Assembly (NCBI GenBank): GCA_002633005.1
Contig: NMRA01000672.1
Location: 47,119 to 111,118 of the forward strand
Length of the DNA: 64,000 bases
Direction of reading: 5' to 3'
Source: Phoronis australis
Lineage: Eukaryota > Animalia > Phoronida
In this document: positions 50,340 through 64,000 of the stretch, in pieces
Layout of the letters: each line of letters opens with the position of its first letter
How positions within the stretch are numbered: the stretch's first letter is position 1
Notes under the pieces: model-generated
What the model was told of the DNA's origin: nothing
Databases searched by the model: none
What the model saw: only the letters and a program-made list of their open reading frames with translations
Program-made: the position numbers and the translations under genes

Positions 50340-50470
50340 CCAGCTCACGAATGAGCAACTGTGCTACACAGCTGAGCCGGATGGAAATTTAACCACTTTC
50401 TGGTTCCTCCAAATGTGGCGAGTCCACTTTCGCAGGAGGGGCGGGAATTTGTTTGTGCATGTCGCCCGCA
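50340..50470 (-). promoter_or_regulatory. Candidate hemicentin proximal promoter
   Basis: About 240-370 bp upstream of the ATG: GC box GGGGCGGG (50438-50445), CArG-like CCAAATGTGG (50409-50418), two CCACTTTC motifs (50393, 50424). Motif-level inference only. Confidence 0.35.
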
Positions 50471-50699
50471 CAACTGACAACGAAGCTAAAACCAAATTTT
50501 AATCATTCTATAAGTAAGGACGAGACTACACATTAGATATTCGTGAGTAAGTTCAGTTTCTTGCTCTTCTGAATTGAAATGAAGACATCCCGTTTATTCT
50601 GAAATATTACTGTCAAGTGACACATCGGGTGCATTTTTTTCAAAACAAGTCTTCGACAGGTAGTTGTACGATCTTGGTCCTGGTAGCAGAGGCTATGCA

Positions 50700-51420
50700 A
50701 TTGAAAGGGCATCTTGTCACACACTGAGGCATGCAGCATAGATCCCGCAAGAGGTATCTTACTCAATGAGTATTTCTCCAGCATCAGGCTAGGGTCTTCA
50801 GCTCTGTTATGTCAATTCACATTTGTTGGTTCACAGACACAAAGTTATGTCAGGCAATTATGGTGGGGGTCTAGATTTGGCAACGTGATTCCCAGTTGGA
50901 TTTTGGCGAGAAGAGATGGAATCGTTGATCATGCCGAAACCGCCTTCAGATGGGGATGGCCGGAGAAACAATCTCACTCAGAAAGAACAACTACATCTGA
51001 CTTACAACTTAACGTAAGCAAGCTAAATAGCGTAATAATCATTATTATTGTCGAGCACCAGTAAAAAATCTTGGTTCGGAGAGAACATTTAAAACGTGAT
51101 GAGATTATTTCTTGTTCGCTTGTAATTTACACGTAGTTCTTTAGAGATCGTCACCCATTTAATATTGGACTCGGCCAAAAAGTTTTGACCCTTGACGGGT
51201 CATGTTAGTTTTTTTAGGTAACGGCAGGTTAACTTCAAGATTTGACGCTGTGTCAGTCGATCTCACACGGCCTGGTCCAGCCTGGCATGGATAACTCTCT
51301 TCGAAAACCGCAAGATCCATCAACGTTCTTGATAAGCGCAAGTACTGCAGCAAATGTCCCCAGCGACTTTGTTGGGTTCGTGTCCGGACATTCCAACGAC
51401 AGCGTGATATTTCATCCCGA
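50700..51420 (-). mobile_element. Degraded RTE-like LINE APE endonuclease remnant
   Basis: WNVRT (51381-51395) followed by L..LSR..MDLAVFEES...GPG, then EGGFGMI and VCEPTN, in the order of RTE WNVRT / DIAALQET / GVGF / VYAPT; contains stops and frameshifts. Confidence 0.5.
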
Positions 51421-53332
51421 GAAACGAGCAGCCACAGTTTAGATAATAACTGTTAGAAAAATAATACCGAAACAAGGAAATATTTTTCGTTGTGGGTCTT
51501 TGAGGACTTGGGTTTCCAATATTGTGATATTCTGGCCTCAAATGTAATTTCTCTGTGGTTCCAATTTAACAATCGTGTTATTCTAACTGTTTTTGCTCGG
51601 TGCTTTCTTGTTTTCGGAGAAAAATTATTGTTGGAGGCTTGTCAACATATTTGAAATTGACAGCAGATTGATATGAGGAACACGTACTTTTCGTTTGGCA
51701 CATTTTTCAACCTATGTTGACGTTGTACCACCAAATCTGAGCAGTGTTTTCATTGTTAGATCGTATTAGCAGCGGACCATTTGATTGTTTTACTATGCAG
51801 TTGGGACAGTGTTGCCAAGATTTACCAGAAAAAAAAAACACTAGAGGCCAGAAGGAAAAGTCTTGAAGAATTCATATTAGTGTACACTGAGGTTTTATCT
51901 GAATTCAATAAGTTTAGTGACGCAATCTTAGGGTTCTGGCGTTCTGAACCCCGAGGAGAAATGATCCATGCGAAACGCCAAAATGGTCAGGGAGAAACGG
52001 AATAATTTCGGCGGTGATATTGGTACTCTTTCGGTAACGACCGGGGGAAGTCCGGTTTCGGGAGTACTGTGCCCGGTTGGATGGCCAAAATCCCAATTAT
52101 AGGAACATAACTAAGTTCCCTTAATCGTATGCGTGTTTCTTCGCTTTTACTCATCCACGAAATGCAAAGTTTACTCTCGATTTGTATCAAAGTTTACTGA
52201 GTAATGAGCATAAGGTAGGACAATCAGTGTTTTCACAAGCCCCACAAATACGTAGATTTAGTGAACTTAGCTGAGTTACTATTTTGGGACTGTTGCATGC
52301 TACCGCGCACTGAAGCCCATGGACAAAAACCTCCAGCAAAAATGACTAAGAGGCCCGACCAGAGACAAATTCCGACAAATGTGGGCGGTGGCATTGGCAC
52401 TCATTAAGCATCGTCTGTGGACGCTCCACTCAGCCAAGGGGGGCACGTGTCGCCTCACTCACTGGAAGACGACTGAGGAAACTATCCGGCTTAGCTACGC
52501 GGGATTTTTGTGGTCGTCCACTACGGAGAGGGGTAATATGATAAGTTACGCCACAGAGACTTCAGTTTGAGCCGTCGTTGGAGGTAGAGAAATGAAAGAA
52601 ACAATATAGCAAAAAGGTGAAGCAAAAGTTCATAGGTAAGAAATGCCTCTTTTTGGCAGCTGGCGGTGGCTCTGTTATCCCCGTAAGCTTTCCCCAACTC
52701 TTTAAAAGCGAGACGGCAGATTCACACGCCGTCAAATACTGAGAACGCGCCTCCGGGCTAATTGTCGACTATGGTGCCGACATATCCGTCGTCCCAAGCT
52801 CTTTTAATTAGGAGAACTGGAGGTGGTGAATTTCGGGTCAGCCTAGCACTTCGAAAAAGTGAAAACGTAAGAGTCCTAAGAGTCGGTTTGAGGTTATCAA
52901 TGTTTGTCTGTCATATATGCCAGTTTAAAATAGGTTACTTTCAATTCAGTGCTTAAATGTGTTCGATCTAAACTAACTAATCGATTATAGGCGGATTTTG
53001 ATAGAACACCCTCCCCTTCCCCCACCTCGGGCACGATGCGGAGAACCCAATAGGAAGCTGTTTTAGGCCTTACACGGACGTTTCATATGAATACGCTCTC
53101 ACTTCCAATCCTGGTGAATTAGGACATTTCTCTTGGGCTCTTCTAACCTTAAGACAAGGCTGCCACTGATTATTAAATGCATTCTCGGTCTGCATTTCAT
53201 CGTTTCAGTCCACCAGTGGTTACTTTCCGATTTCTACAAACACCTGTTTTCTTTGGTGGTTAATAGCCTTTCCAACAATGAGGAACGAGTTAATATTAAT
53301 TCATGATTCACTGCCACCTATGTTCAACGACG

Positions 53333-56300
53333 TTTGTGAATTTTCAATCACCGCTGACGCTGTGCAAAGATTATGTTAAACAGTCCTTGAGATTAGTCAA
53401 CCATTCCGGAAAATCGGTTCTTTTCTACAGACATACAAATTCTGAACCAGGCGTGCGTACTTTGCGTAGACGCGGGGGTCTCGAGAAAACATAAGTGCAC
53501 TCAAGGGCTAATTTTGCGAAATTGCACGTGACCACACCAGTCAGAAAACAATTTCCCACTTGTGCTGTTTTGCTTGCCAAAGACGGATTTTCAAAGAATC
53601 TGAATTTGGTGTTTTACCTCAGCTTCACAGTTATTACGAAGCATATCTAGATTATAAATTATAGTTATTTTTTGTTTTGTGCACTTGACCTTCACGCTAC
53701 TACCATTGTGTCCCAAGGCAATTGGCTCACTAGGTTTGTTGAAAATGGCAAGATTTGGATCTTGGTTTACTTTTGATGAAGTTTCCAAAATCACGATGTT
53801 ACATTTTTGGTAATTTTGAAAAAAACTGCTTGGGAAACAAGAGATTTGTGTGGAACATGTTGATATTTCCGCACGACTTTTTCTATGTTCGTTAGCCACG
53901 CACCCAGTACCCTAATTAATAGGTTCATTTGAGCATCGCAGCTACCTCAAGTGACAGCTTAAAAAATGTGTTCCAAGGTGTAACTACCTTTTGCGGCGTG
54001 TCTATAAATTCTTATTTCAGACCGGTTGCGTATCCAGGCGTGTGTTCAGTAGACGCTAGGACCTACGCTAGGACCTAGCTAAAACCTAGTCAAAGTCACG
54101 TGTTCTTATTTGAAATACATGGCAATTTCTCACGTAATCTCGCGAAGTCTTGCTTTTTAGCGAGGTCCTAGCGTTACTGAACGGGAGGCAGATCACACTA
54201 CTCGCTTAGTTTTTGAGATGATTTACGTCTACGGAACTCAACCTAGGGAAGCGTTCCGAAGTCGCAAGAACCTCGCCTAAACGCAAGACCACGCAACACT
54301 TCGTGAGATATCGCCATGCATTTGCAACCAAAAGTACTTAAGTACCTTTGCTTTACTCGCAAGATTCTGGCGTCTACGAAATGCAATCCAGGTCACTTCA
54401 CTCCGTTTTTTATGCCATGAAGGATCTCCTCTCCTAAAAGTCACTGAAGGCCCCTGAGTAGAGAAGTGTGCCAAAAGACAGTTCCAAAGGGTTCTCATGC
54501 ATTAAGTATCAGGAGATAATATGAATTTATTGTCTCAATTACTTTTGGTGGTTGAGCCAAATTTGCTGCCACCAGGGCATTATAACTATTTGTTGCCAGT
54601 TTGAGGTATTATTCCATTTCTTTACATATAATTGTAAAACATACTTCAGTCTCAAAACAACAAAATCAACGACGCCCACGCACCGAGGATACAACTCGAC
54701 AACTGGTCCGAGAAGCAGTGTCGCGTGTCCTAAGCAGTGTCGAATTACTCATTTTTAGCCAATTTTGTAAACCAAATAAACAGTTTCATAACCACGGGTA
54801 ACCAAATATGCTCCGCCTACACTTTAAAACGCACGTGCGCATCTCAACACTTTCTCAGTAGCTATTGAAACCGTTTCAAAAGCCTCGGTCTCATCCAAAC
54901 AACCTGTAGTCAAATCGTGAGTAGTAATTTCATCTCTTTGGCCAAAATTTCTGGTTGAATGTGACAATAATTAGTGACGCCCGGAAAAGCCTGCACGAGA
55001 CATTCTGAAGTGTCCCCTTTCAAGTTTGCGGTATAGGTATGCAGTCAAAAAATGTACATTTTGCCCCATTGACGCATTTTCCGATATAATGCAGGGAAAT
55101 ATACGACTTGGGGAACCTTCTTTCGCCAAGTATGTTGGTGTGACTTGTCTTTCGTTTAATTGTTTGTTTATTTCTACGTATGCCTCAAACTTCCTATGAC
55201 TTCCTGTGACTGTGTTTTGAACATAATGCCATGCATTGAACTTGAACAATGGATAAGTGACAAACTCTGTGGTTTTGAAATTATGTTTCTACATCTTATG
55301 TNTTTGTGAATTTTCAATCACCGCTGACGCTGTGCAAAGATTATGTTAAACAGTCCTTGAGATTAGTCAACCATTCCGGAAAATCGGTTCTTTTCTACAG
55401 ACATACAAATTCTGAACCAGGCGTGCGTACTTTGCGTAGACGCGGGGGTCTCGCGAAAAAACAAGTGCACTCAAGGGCTAATTTTGCGAAATCGCACGTG
55501 ACCACACCAGTCAGAAATCAATTTCCCGCTTGTGCTGTTTTGCTTGCCAAAGGCGGATTTTCAAAGAATCTGAATTTGGTGTTTTACCTCAGCTTCACAG
55601 TTATTACGAAGAATATCTAGAATATAAATTATAGTTATTTTTTGTTCTGTGCACGTGACCTACTACCATTGTGTCCCAAGGCAATTGGCTCACTAGGTTT
55701 GTTGAAAATGGCAAGATTTGGATCTTGGTTTACTTTTGACGTAGTTTCCAAAACCACGATGTTACCTTTTTGGTAATTTTGAAAAAAAAACTAAAACTGC
55801 TTGGGAAACAAGGTGATATTTCCGCACGACTTTTTCTATGTTCGTTAGCCGCGCACCCAGTACCGTAATTGATAGGTTCATTTGAGCATCGCAGCTACCT
55901 CAGGTGACAGCTTAAAAATTGTGTTCCAAGGTGTAACTACCTTCTGCGGCGTGTCTATAAATTCTTATTTCAGACCGGTTGCGTATCCAGGCGTGTGTTT
56001 AGTAGACGCTAGGACCTACGCTAGGACCTAGCTAAAACCTAGTCAAAGTCACGTGTTCTCATTTGAAATACATGGCAATTTCTCACGTAATCTCGCGAAG
56101 TCTTGCTTTTTAGCGAGGTGCTAGAGTTACTGAACGGGAGGCAGATCACACTACTCGCTTAGCTTTTGAGATGATTTACGTCTCTACGGAACTCAGGGCA
56201 GCGTTCCAAAGTCGCAAGAACCTCGCCTAAACGCAAGACCACGCAACACTTCGTGAGATATCGCCATGCATTTGCAACCAAAAGCACTTAAGCACCTTCG

Positions 56301-57277
56301 CTTTACTCGCAAGATTCTGGCGTCTACGAAATGCAACCCAGGTCACTTCACTCCATTTTTTATACCATGAAGGATCTCCTTTCCAAAAAGTCATTGAAGG
56401 CCCCTGAGTAGAGAAGTGTGCCAAAACCAGTTCCAAAGGGTTCTCATGCACTTAGTATCAAGAGATAATATGAATTTATTGTCTCAATTACTTTTGGTGG
56501 TTGAGCCAAATTTGCTGCCACCAGGGCATTCACAACTATTTGTTGCCAGTTTGGGGGTATTATTCCATTTCTTTACATGTAATTATAAAACCTACTTCAG
56601 TCTCAAAACAACAAAATCAGCGACGCCCACGCACCGAGGATACAACTCGACAATTGGTCCGAGAAGCAGTGTCGCGTGTCCTAAGCAGTGTCGAATTACT
56701 CATTTTTAGCCAATTTTGTAAACCAAATAAATAGTTTCATAACCACGGGTAACCAAATATGCTCCGCCTACACTTTAAAACGCACGTGCGCATCTCAACG
56801 TTTTCTCAGTAGCTGCTGAAACCGCTTAAAAAGCCTAGGTTTCATCCAAACTAAATGTAGTCAAATTGTGAGTAGTAATTTCATCTCTTTGGCCAAAATT
56901 TCTGGTTGAATGTGACAATAATTAGTGACGCTAATTAGAAAAGCCTGCACGAGACATTCTGAAGTGTCCCCTTTCAAGTTTGCGGTATAGGTATGCAGTC
57001 AAAAAATGTACATTTTGCCCCATTGACGCATTTTCCTATATAATGCAGGGAAATATACGACTTGGGGAACCTTCTTTCGCCAAGTATGTTGGTGTGACTT
57101 GTCTTTCGTTTAATTGTTTGTTTATTTCTACGTATGCCTCAAACTTCCTATGACTTCCTGTGACTTTAAAAACTGCTAGTGACTGTCGTGTTTTGAACAT
57201 AATGCCATGCATTGAACTTGAAAAATGGATAAGTGACAAACTCTGTGCTTTTGAAATGATGTTTCTACATTTTATGT
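53333..57277 (+). repeat. Tandem near-duplicate (53333-55301 / 55303-57277) joined by a single N
   Basis: Both copies start tttgtgaattttcaatcacc and end tttctacat(c/t)ttatgt; N at 55302. Confidence 0.95.
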
Positions 57278-58988
57278 GAGTTTATGTCATTTGTAAACTT
57301 GAAATCAATCGTTGTTCTTTATTCCTACAAGGCCTTTTCTTGAAAGATTGCCTTTGACACAAGTGTGGCACCTGTCGCGGTTTTCAAAGGAGAATGTCAT
57401 GGAGTAAAAAGCTAAACGATATTTTCTGGGTCACGTGGCTCAAGGTTATTTACTTAACAATTAATGTAGAAATTTCTGGGTTTTTTTACTCTTTCCCTCT
57501 GTCTTACAAAGTCTGGACGATTTTTAATAGTTCACGTCCGTACGTCGCGTTACTTTCATAACGTTTCAGAAAAATCGTGCCCGCATGCATTTTCTGCGAA
57601 AGGTTATCCAATGCACATCATCTGAAATTCTACGAGTTAACATTGATTTCGAACAGAAAGGAAACGGTTCTATTTACGATAACCAACACTTATTTCATTC
57701 CGATTAAACACGTGGTGTCTCATTAGTAATACAGTCCAGCTACGAAATCAACAGGTGGTAAGGTAAAAAATAGGTTCTGGTCTGCGCCCAACTCATCTTG
57801 AAACTTACGCCTCATAATAGCTAGCATCAAGTCACTTTTCTTTTTGAAAACTAACACCTACGACAATTATGCTAGTTTTGGTCTGATAAAAGTAAAGCCT
57901 GAACATTATAAAGATGATCAGAGCAGTGTCAACATAGGCAACTATAGGTTTCAGTTTGAGGGCAACTCAGTTATGCCGGCGGCGATGTGTATACCTACAA
58001 CAAGGGGAAATGCCTATTCAAACAAACCGACACATGAATGAGTCACTCTATCAAAAACATCATGTAATGCGTGTATTTATTCAGGTATTACCACAGAATT
58101 GCTTTGAATACAAATTGCCTTACTCGGGTTTGCGCGTATTACTGATTTCCTTCCTAGCGTGGGCTCGCGGAACTATGGGGTGACAATTAAAACATTCGGA
58201 GACATCCCTGAGATCTAAACAAGCGGCTTGGGGGATTGTTGTTTTCGCGTAATATTCACCAGATTAAATACTTGTTTTTTTTTTGAAAATACCGCTTAAA
58301 CCACAATTCGCATTTTACTGATTTAATACGCCACCAGCTGCACGGCTACAGATGAGCTAAGGTCAAACGTGGGATGTAGCCGAACCAGTTAACAAGGTGG
58401 TTGCCTGCAACAACACGTGTTTCGAAGTGTGGTGAGCCACTGGTGATTTGTAACGCTAGCTACGAAACTGCATCGTCTCCAACGATTCAGCATGCAGTAG
58501 ATAAACCAATTCTACTTCACATTGCACTGATAAACAAACAAAAAGCAAATACTACGCACTTGAAATTTTCCGGCAATTTTGCATTCGAGTTTGCGCGACT
58601 GGATTGTGACGGAAACAGCTTCGCAACTTTCAATGGGTCTTTTCACTTTCAGTGGGTCTTTTCCCGCTTTCTCCATCTCAACACCAAAGGATAGGCGCAG
58701 ATCCAGGGAGGGTTCAGGAGAACTCGAAGTCCCCGCTTCGAAGGCCAGTCTTACATTGGTGTAATGGCTCAAGGAATAACACTCCTTCAGAGAGCACGCA
58801 TCACTTGTAGTGAGAGCCAGTGCCTGTGCGTACACGCCACCATCGCTTGTCAGGCTCGTGGCAGACTCTCTGGGTATTCACTTTCACTGTAGACAGACCT
58901 CGTATATGGAATTTCAAATCGGCCACTTGTTATATGTGTCCGGGTAACTCGTTTGCTCCAATGTATTAATAACGCGTTCTCCCTGTAG

Positions 58989-59209
58989 CATGCGCGCACC
59001 CGGGTGGGGGGGGGGGGGGGGGCNAAGGTCCCCCTTGGCGAAACAAAAAGTACGAAAAAGTAGAAAACGTTACAAAAGTCCACTAAAAAGTAAGGAAGTA
59101 CCAAAATGCGGCGAACGCATAATTCATAGTTCTGAACGTACCCCGTTTTTTTAGGTCCACATTCTCAAAAATTTGCCTCCCCCTCAATTTTAAAGCTGGG
59201 TGTGCGCAT
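58989..59209. mobile_element. Short TIR element containing a poly-G/N gap
   Basis: atgcgcgcacccg ... ctgggtgtgcgcat inverted ends; no clear TSD. Confidence 0.4.
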
Positions 59210-61136
59210 TTGTACATGTGTGTAGCATGTCACCTGTCTAGTCTTAGATAAATTTATAAGAACTTGCAATGATCTGGTTCTAAAGTTTTGACTTACTCTG
59301 AGATTCTGATGTTCTACTCCTGTTATTCGTTGTTTTTTTTTCTATAGTTCGCTGATCTCTATTAGCTAGAATATTTTCAGGACATCAGATTTTTGCTTGG
59401 TTCAAAAAGGAAATGACTAACAATTTGAAAGGAGCCGTACACCCGTGTGTGGTGTTTTATTTCCGACATTGCTGTGCTCTCGCCACATCACTAACAGGTC
59501 AGTCAAATTCAGTCACCAGGGTCCTTGTCCAGTATCACCTCCCATCTCACTGCATTATTTTATTCATGTCGACTTCTCCGGATATGTCAACGAGGCAACA
59601 ACAGAGAATTCCACTGATCCTGTTGGAATCTAAATCATGTTCACGCGTCTTAAAGTGAAAGGATAAAAAGCCGTATGTGTAATACGGATATGCACACCTC
59701 TGAATAATCAACCCTTTTCGAAGTCTGTGACATCCATTTTAGGAATGTAATGTTCATTATTTCAGGAATATGGAATTTCTTTAATTAACGCGTTCGCCTA
59801 ACGCGCTGAATCTATCTAACAACTGATAGAATTGGGATTCTATACTCATATCCAATGTCGTGTAGGTGGGCTATCTATCGCTGCAAGATCAGCGACTCTC
59901 TTCGTCTAAGCAGTAATCTGCTGCTTAGCCTGCGGTTACCGTTAACGTGATAACGTTGTGGCGAGAAATACCCATCCTTGGCGTAAATCAAAAACATTCC
60001 ACAAAGCAAGACCCCAACATGAAGTTTAAATTAGATTTAAATTTTAAATTAAAGCAATTCTTTTAAAGTCCTTTCTGATTCATCTAGCTTCCTCATAAAA
60101 GTTCATTGCTTAACTTACTTCTTTAAAATAAACGGATTGGTTGATTTTTGTTTTTTGAACTTGATTACTCACAGTCGAGTTACAGAGTATAGCCGAACGT
60201 CTGCAGTCATTTTGTGTCTGCTTACTTCGTAAGTTTTTATCGAAACAGGCGGTACGAAGAAGTATTACTTATTAAAACTAGATCTTTAAAAGCTCACTAT
60301 TAGTTAATGTTATCCCCCGTTTCTTTCTAAATGCAACGTTGTGATAAATACACATAAATTTCCTCAACGATAAATGCGTCAACAAAATTAGACCTACTTT
60401 TGTTTTCAGAGCGCAGCAAACGTTGAAATTTTTGCGCGAAATTTTCTTGTGCATTTGTATTGTTTATCGGTCTGTTAATGTAATTTCCTCTACAATTTGA
60501 CCACTTTCATTTAACTACTATAGCGTAATTCCGCATGCCCTGCCAACAGCAACACGGACGCTGCTACCGGAAACTGTACTGGGTAGTATGACTCATCACG
60601 TTCGCTTGACACTTCCTAAGCTTTCAAGGCACAAAGAGGGACTTGTCTTAATGAGCGCGACAGGAATTACTTAAAGAAATCAGCGGACATGTCTTGAATA
60701 CCTCAGCCACTGTCTAACAGTGGAAACATTTCACGAAAAGGATTTCACGACACCTAATATTGGGTTCATTGACGAATGACCTAATATGTCGTTTTTTTCT
60801 AGTAAATTGCCTTAACGAAAATGTAACTCTCCTTTTCAAAATGTAAACAGTCATTCTTGGGTTATTCTTTAAGAGTACCTAAATGTGGGCAGTTTATCGT
60901 TTTTGTATTAAAAAATAATGATAATTCACATTACTTTGACCTTGAGCAAGTTAAATTAACTTTACATTCTGTTCAGCTACCCAGAACACCAAAATCCCTG
61001 AAAACTCGACTTCTGACCCCTGCAAATTCGGTTTTAAAATATTCCATAACATATCTGTACTTGTTGTTTCCATTAATCTGGACATACAGAGAAAATAAGA
61101 GGAAACACATCTGAAAGTCATCGGACTGAGGCTTGT

Positions 61137-61371
61137 TCCAAGGAATTGACTTAAAGTTTCATTTTTGACTGAAGTCTAAGATTTGTCTCAACTTCCCAAC
61201 TTTGAAAACTTCCACAACAGGTAAGTTAGTCAAAATTAAGACAAGATTTGTGAAAAAAAACTTCAAACTTAATACCTCTTTCTTGAAACGGACTTGGACA
61301 AATTTAAGTTTTATCTTAAAATTGACAATGTTTTAAGATTTGTCTTAGCTAACTCAAGTCAGTTTTCTTGG
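61137..61371. mobile_element. MITE-like element
   Basis: tccaaggaattgactt ... aagtcagttttcttgga imperfect inverted ends; internal aagatttgtct / agacaagattt repeats. Confidence 0.45.
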
Positions 61372-62329
61372 AGGGGGATCTCTGGTCAGCCCGTCCAAAA
61401 TTTGACCATTCCATCCAAATGAATGTTGAAATTAGTAATTTTTGCAATCATTACTTTTTCATCCTGTTTGACGGGCATGGGAGGCTGCTCGGGGAGCATT
61501 TTCAATATATTGATGCGCAAGTGTACAGGAGAAAACAATTTCTCACGTTTTAAAGTGAAGAATTTCTTTTTGGGGTTCCAGTGACGAATAGTCCGGCAGT
61601 GACGTAGCTAGGATTCTTTGCCGCTCCGAATGGAAAATGACGTTGCCGCACCCACACTTCCTTGTAACCACTAAGTCAGTAGCACCGTCTATCGGTTTTC
61701 ACCGGTGGTGTGCCATCTGCTCTATCGTCTAAGATTTTTTGCCGTCCACTCGTCGTTTGTGCTGTCACCACCCCGTCGGTGCTGCCTCCTGTCGGGATGC
61801 CACTAGAGGCAGTACGCCGCCTTCACTTTCAACTGTCTACTGGACCCCACTCAGCAAAAAACACCCAGACTTATCAGAGTTGATGATACCGCATGAAGGC
61901 ACAAAATAAGAAAAAAATGGGTATGAAAAAATCCAAATCTTAAGCTTATAATTGCCGCGCGAAAAATGCCTATTTCTCAAGCAAGCTCGAAAAGAAAAGC
62001 TTTCTACTCTATGCTTACTAGGACGCGAAAAGAAATCGTCCTCCAGATGCGTAAAATTTCATCTCAAAAGATTTTAGTATTTAAAAGGCATCTTAAACAC
62101 AATATCTACAAAAACTGACGGTGATGTATATTTCATTGCATATTAGAACGTGAGATTTGCTTGTCTGTTTTCAACAGTCACGACAGAATAGACTGCGATT
62201 GTTTTATGATTAGACGAAATTTTTGGTAAATTTTTTCGGAATCTTAAAATTTTCCATAGGAAAACAAAAATTGCGAAACTGCTAGCTCTCGAATGAAAAT
62301 TTGCAGAAAAGACAGTATGAACTGCGTAA

Positions 62330-63624
62330 AAGAATTGCAGGAACAGGCAAGAAGTACATTACAAAAACCTCCCCCATTTGATTTCAACTGCTGAGAGTCG
62401 TCCAAGTTCCAGTCTAGCCCGTTTTAAAGCCTTGGCGTGCTTCTTTGAGTTGCACCACAACTCGCTGTCTAATTAGCTACCAAGATTGAAAGAGTTACTA
62501 AGACCATTCATTAACGAGTGTGCGGAGAACGGAAACCCATTGCTTCTATTTTGTCATTTTTGTGGTATGATATTTGGTTGAAATTATTCTCACTTATCTT
62601 TTTATGAGGAGTTCGTATTCAGAAGCCCAGCAGTTGGAATAATACATATATGATTATGAGAGAAAATAAAAACTAACTGCACGTTACGGCTTGCAACTAT
62701 AACATCAGACAAAAAATAATCAATCTATTGAGATGTGGCAGGGCAGACACAACTAAATTAATGTATTTTGCACAGCGCGAGGGCAGCTCAGCCATTAAGA
62801 GGTGATCAGTATGACAAATCTTCGTAAATTCAACGACTCTGGAGTGTACATATTGTGCAGTTAGATATTGAACAATAGTTTTCTGAATAGTTTTGCAAAA
62901 TGGGAGTTTTGCAATGTGTTTGGTAGCGGCTATTGGTCTGGTGTGTCTGTGGAATGAGTATAATTTTGCTCCCGGCCCCGATTCGTTTTCTTGCGTAACA
63001 TACAGAATTTCGGCTAATTCAAGTTTAAGAGTCTTATTCGCCAAACTCTCATTTGGCGGCCAGCCAGAGAAGACTTTGACAAGTATCCCGATTCTTTCCG
63101 AGGTTTCTCAGTCACCGCTTATAAACCGATGGCCGTTTCCCTTTTATTTGATCATTGCAGCGACATCTATCGAGGTTCTCGTAAGTTCTCGTTCTTTATC
63201 GTGAAATTCCAATGGCGGAAGTAGGTTCTGGTCGAACCTGACTAGAAAGTATTCTTTAATTATGCATTGATCTCGAGGTGCTTTGGCCTGCCTAACAAGA
63301 TGATGCAACCTGAAGATGCCCGATTTTTGAAAAGGTTTGGTGATTGTGATTTTAAGACCCTTCAATACCAGGACGATCTATTCATTCATGATTCAGTCGT
63401 CACCATCACTGTCCTGTCAGTGTCACTCGTCGGAAACTGGTCGGATATTTGGTCCCTGCGAATTGGTTTCATCTAGGCCTACTAAATAACGCGCCCGTTA
63501 TTCAGTGGTTGCCGGGTTCGCTAACCGAGGGACAACTGCCGATCACTCTATAAGTCTAATTATCACTCAGTCTGTCACTCATCAGCCATCAAGCCAGGCA
63601 GTAGACGACGGTACTACTGGTTAA
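62330..63624 (-). mobile_element. Probable decayed piggyBac-like transposon
   Basis: Minus-strand peptides F*IRT...FNQISY...IEAMGFR and GLDWNLDDS resemble FKIRP, DEAMxxFKGR and GIKxWxLxDS; TTAA|CC at 63624-63619 is a possible end. Confidence 0.4.
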
Positions 63625-64000
63625 GTTAGGCAACACCTAGCCCCTCGGTTGGCCTGTTTGGGCTACAATACATCTCATCGCTTTCTGTATGAATTTCGTC
63701 CCGTGTATTTTAAACGAGTGGTAGGCCAAATCCATTCACCGATAAGAGCTTTTACCTGGTCAAAAATACATTCTACACTCAAAACTATACTGGGGAACCC
63801 AATGTTCGTCCGCCTAAGCATAAAACCGACTTGCTGTTGTACTCACCGAATTATTCCACTTCAAAGTTATGATCTGAATAGGATTCGATTTAACTCTCAC
63901 AGATATACCGCATTCATCGATTCGGAAGTTTTCTTTAATTTGTGCCGAGTTATTTCAAATGTGCACTGCCTTCGGCAGCCATTTTATTGTGACACCTAAG

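Noticed and set aside
54052-54090. Short repeats (acgctaggacct) suggestive of an array
   Set aside because: Only 2-3 degenerate units without spacers; not CRISPR-like, and the context is eukaryotic.
50500-64000. A second host protein-coding gene upstream
   Set aside because: No exon chain or known domain found; the ORFs are short and repeat-derived.

Overview
Animal (probably marine invertebrate; species not determinable) genomic DNA. Positions 26-50104 on the minus strand hold the 5' part of a hemicentin gene (HMCN1/him-4 family). I mapped 30 GT-AG exons by hand with consistent phases (5839 nt, about 1946 codons), encoding a signal peptide, a VWA domain with a DxTxS MIDAS-like motif, the hemicentin motif and 16 I-set Ig domains; the gene continues past position 1. 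The introns and the upstream 14 kb contain MITE-like and hairpin repeats, degraded LINE fragments (CR1/L2-like, RTE-like) and a probable decayed piggyBac. Two ~2 kb tandem duplications joined by single Ns look like uncollapsed haplotypes. The most interesting leads are a ~23-aa RGD-bearing loop inserted in Ig13 and a read-through of exon 28 giving a TM-like helix, short tail, stop and AATAAA (possible membrane-anchored isoform). I found no evidence of a novel multi-gene system.
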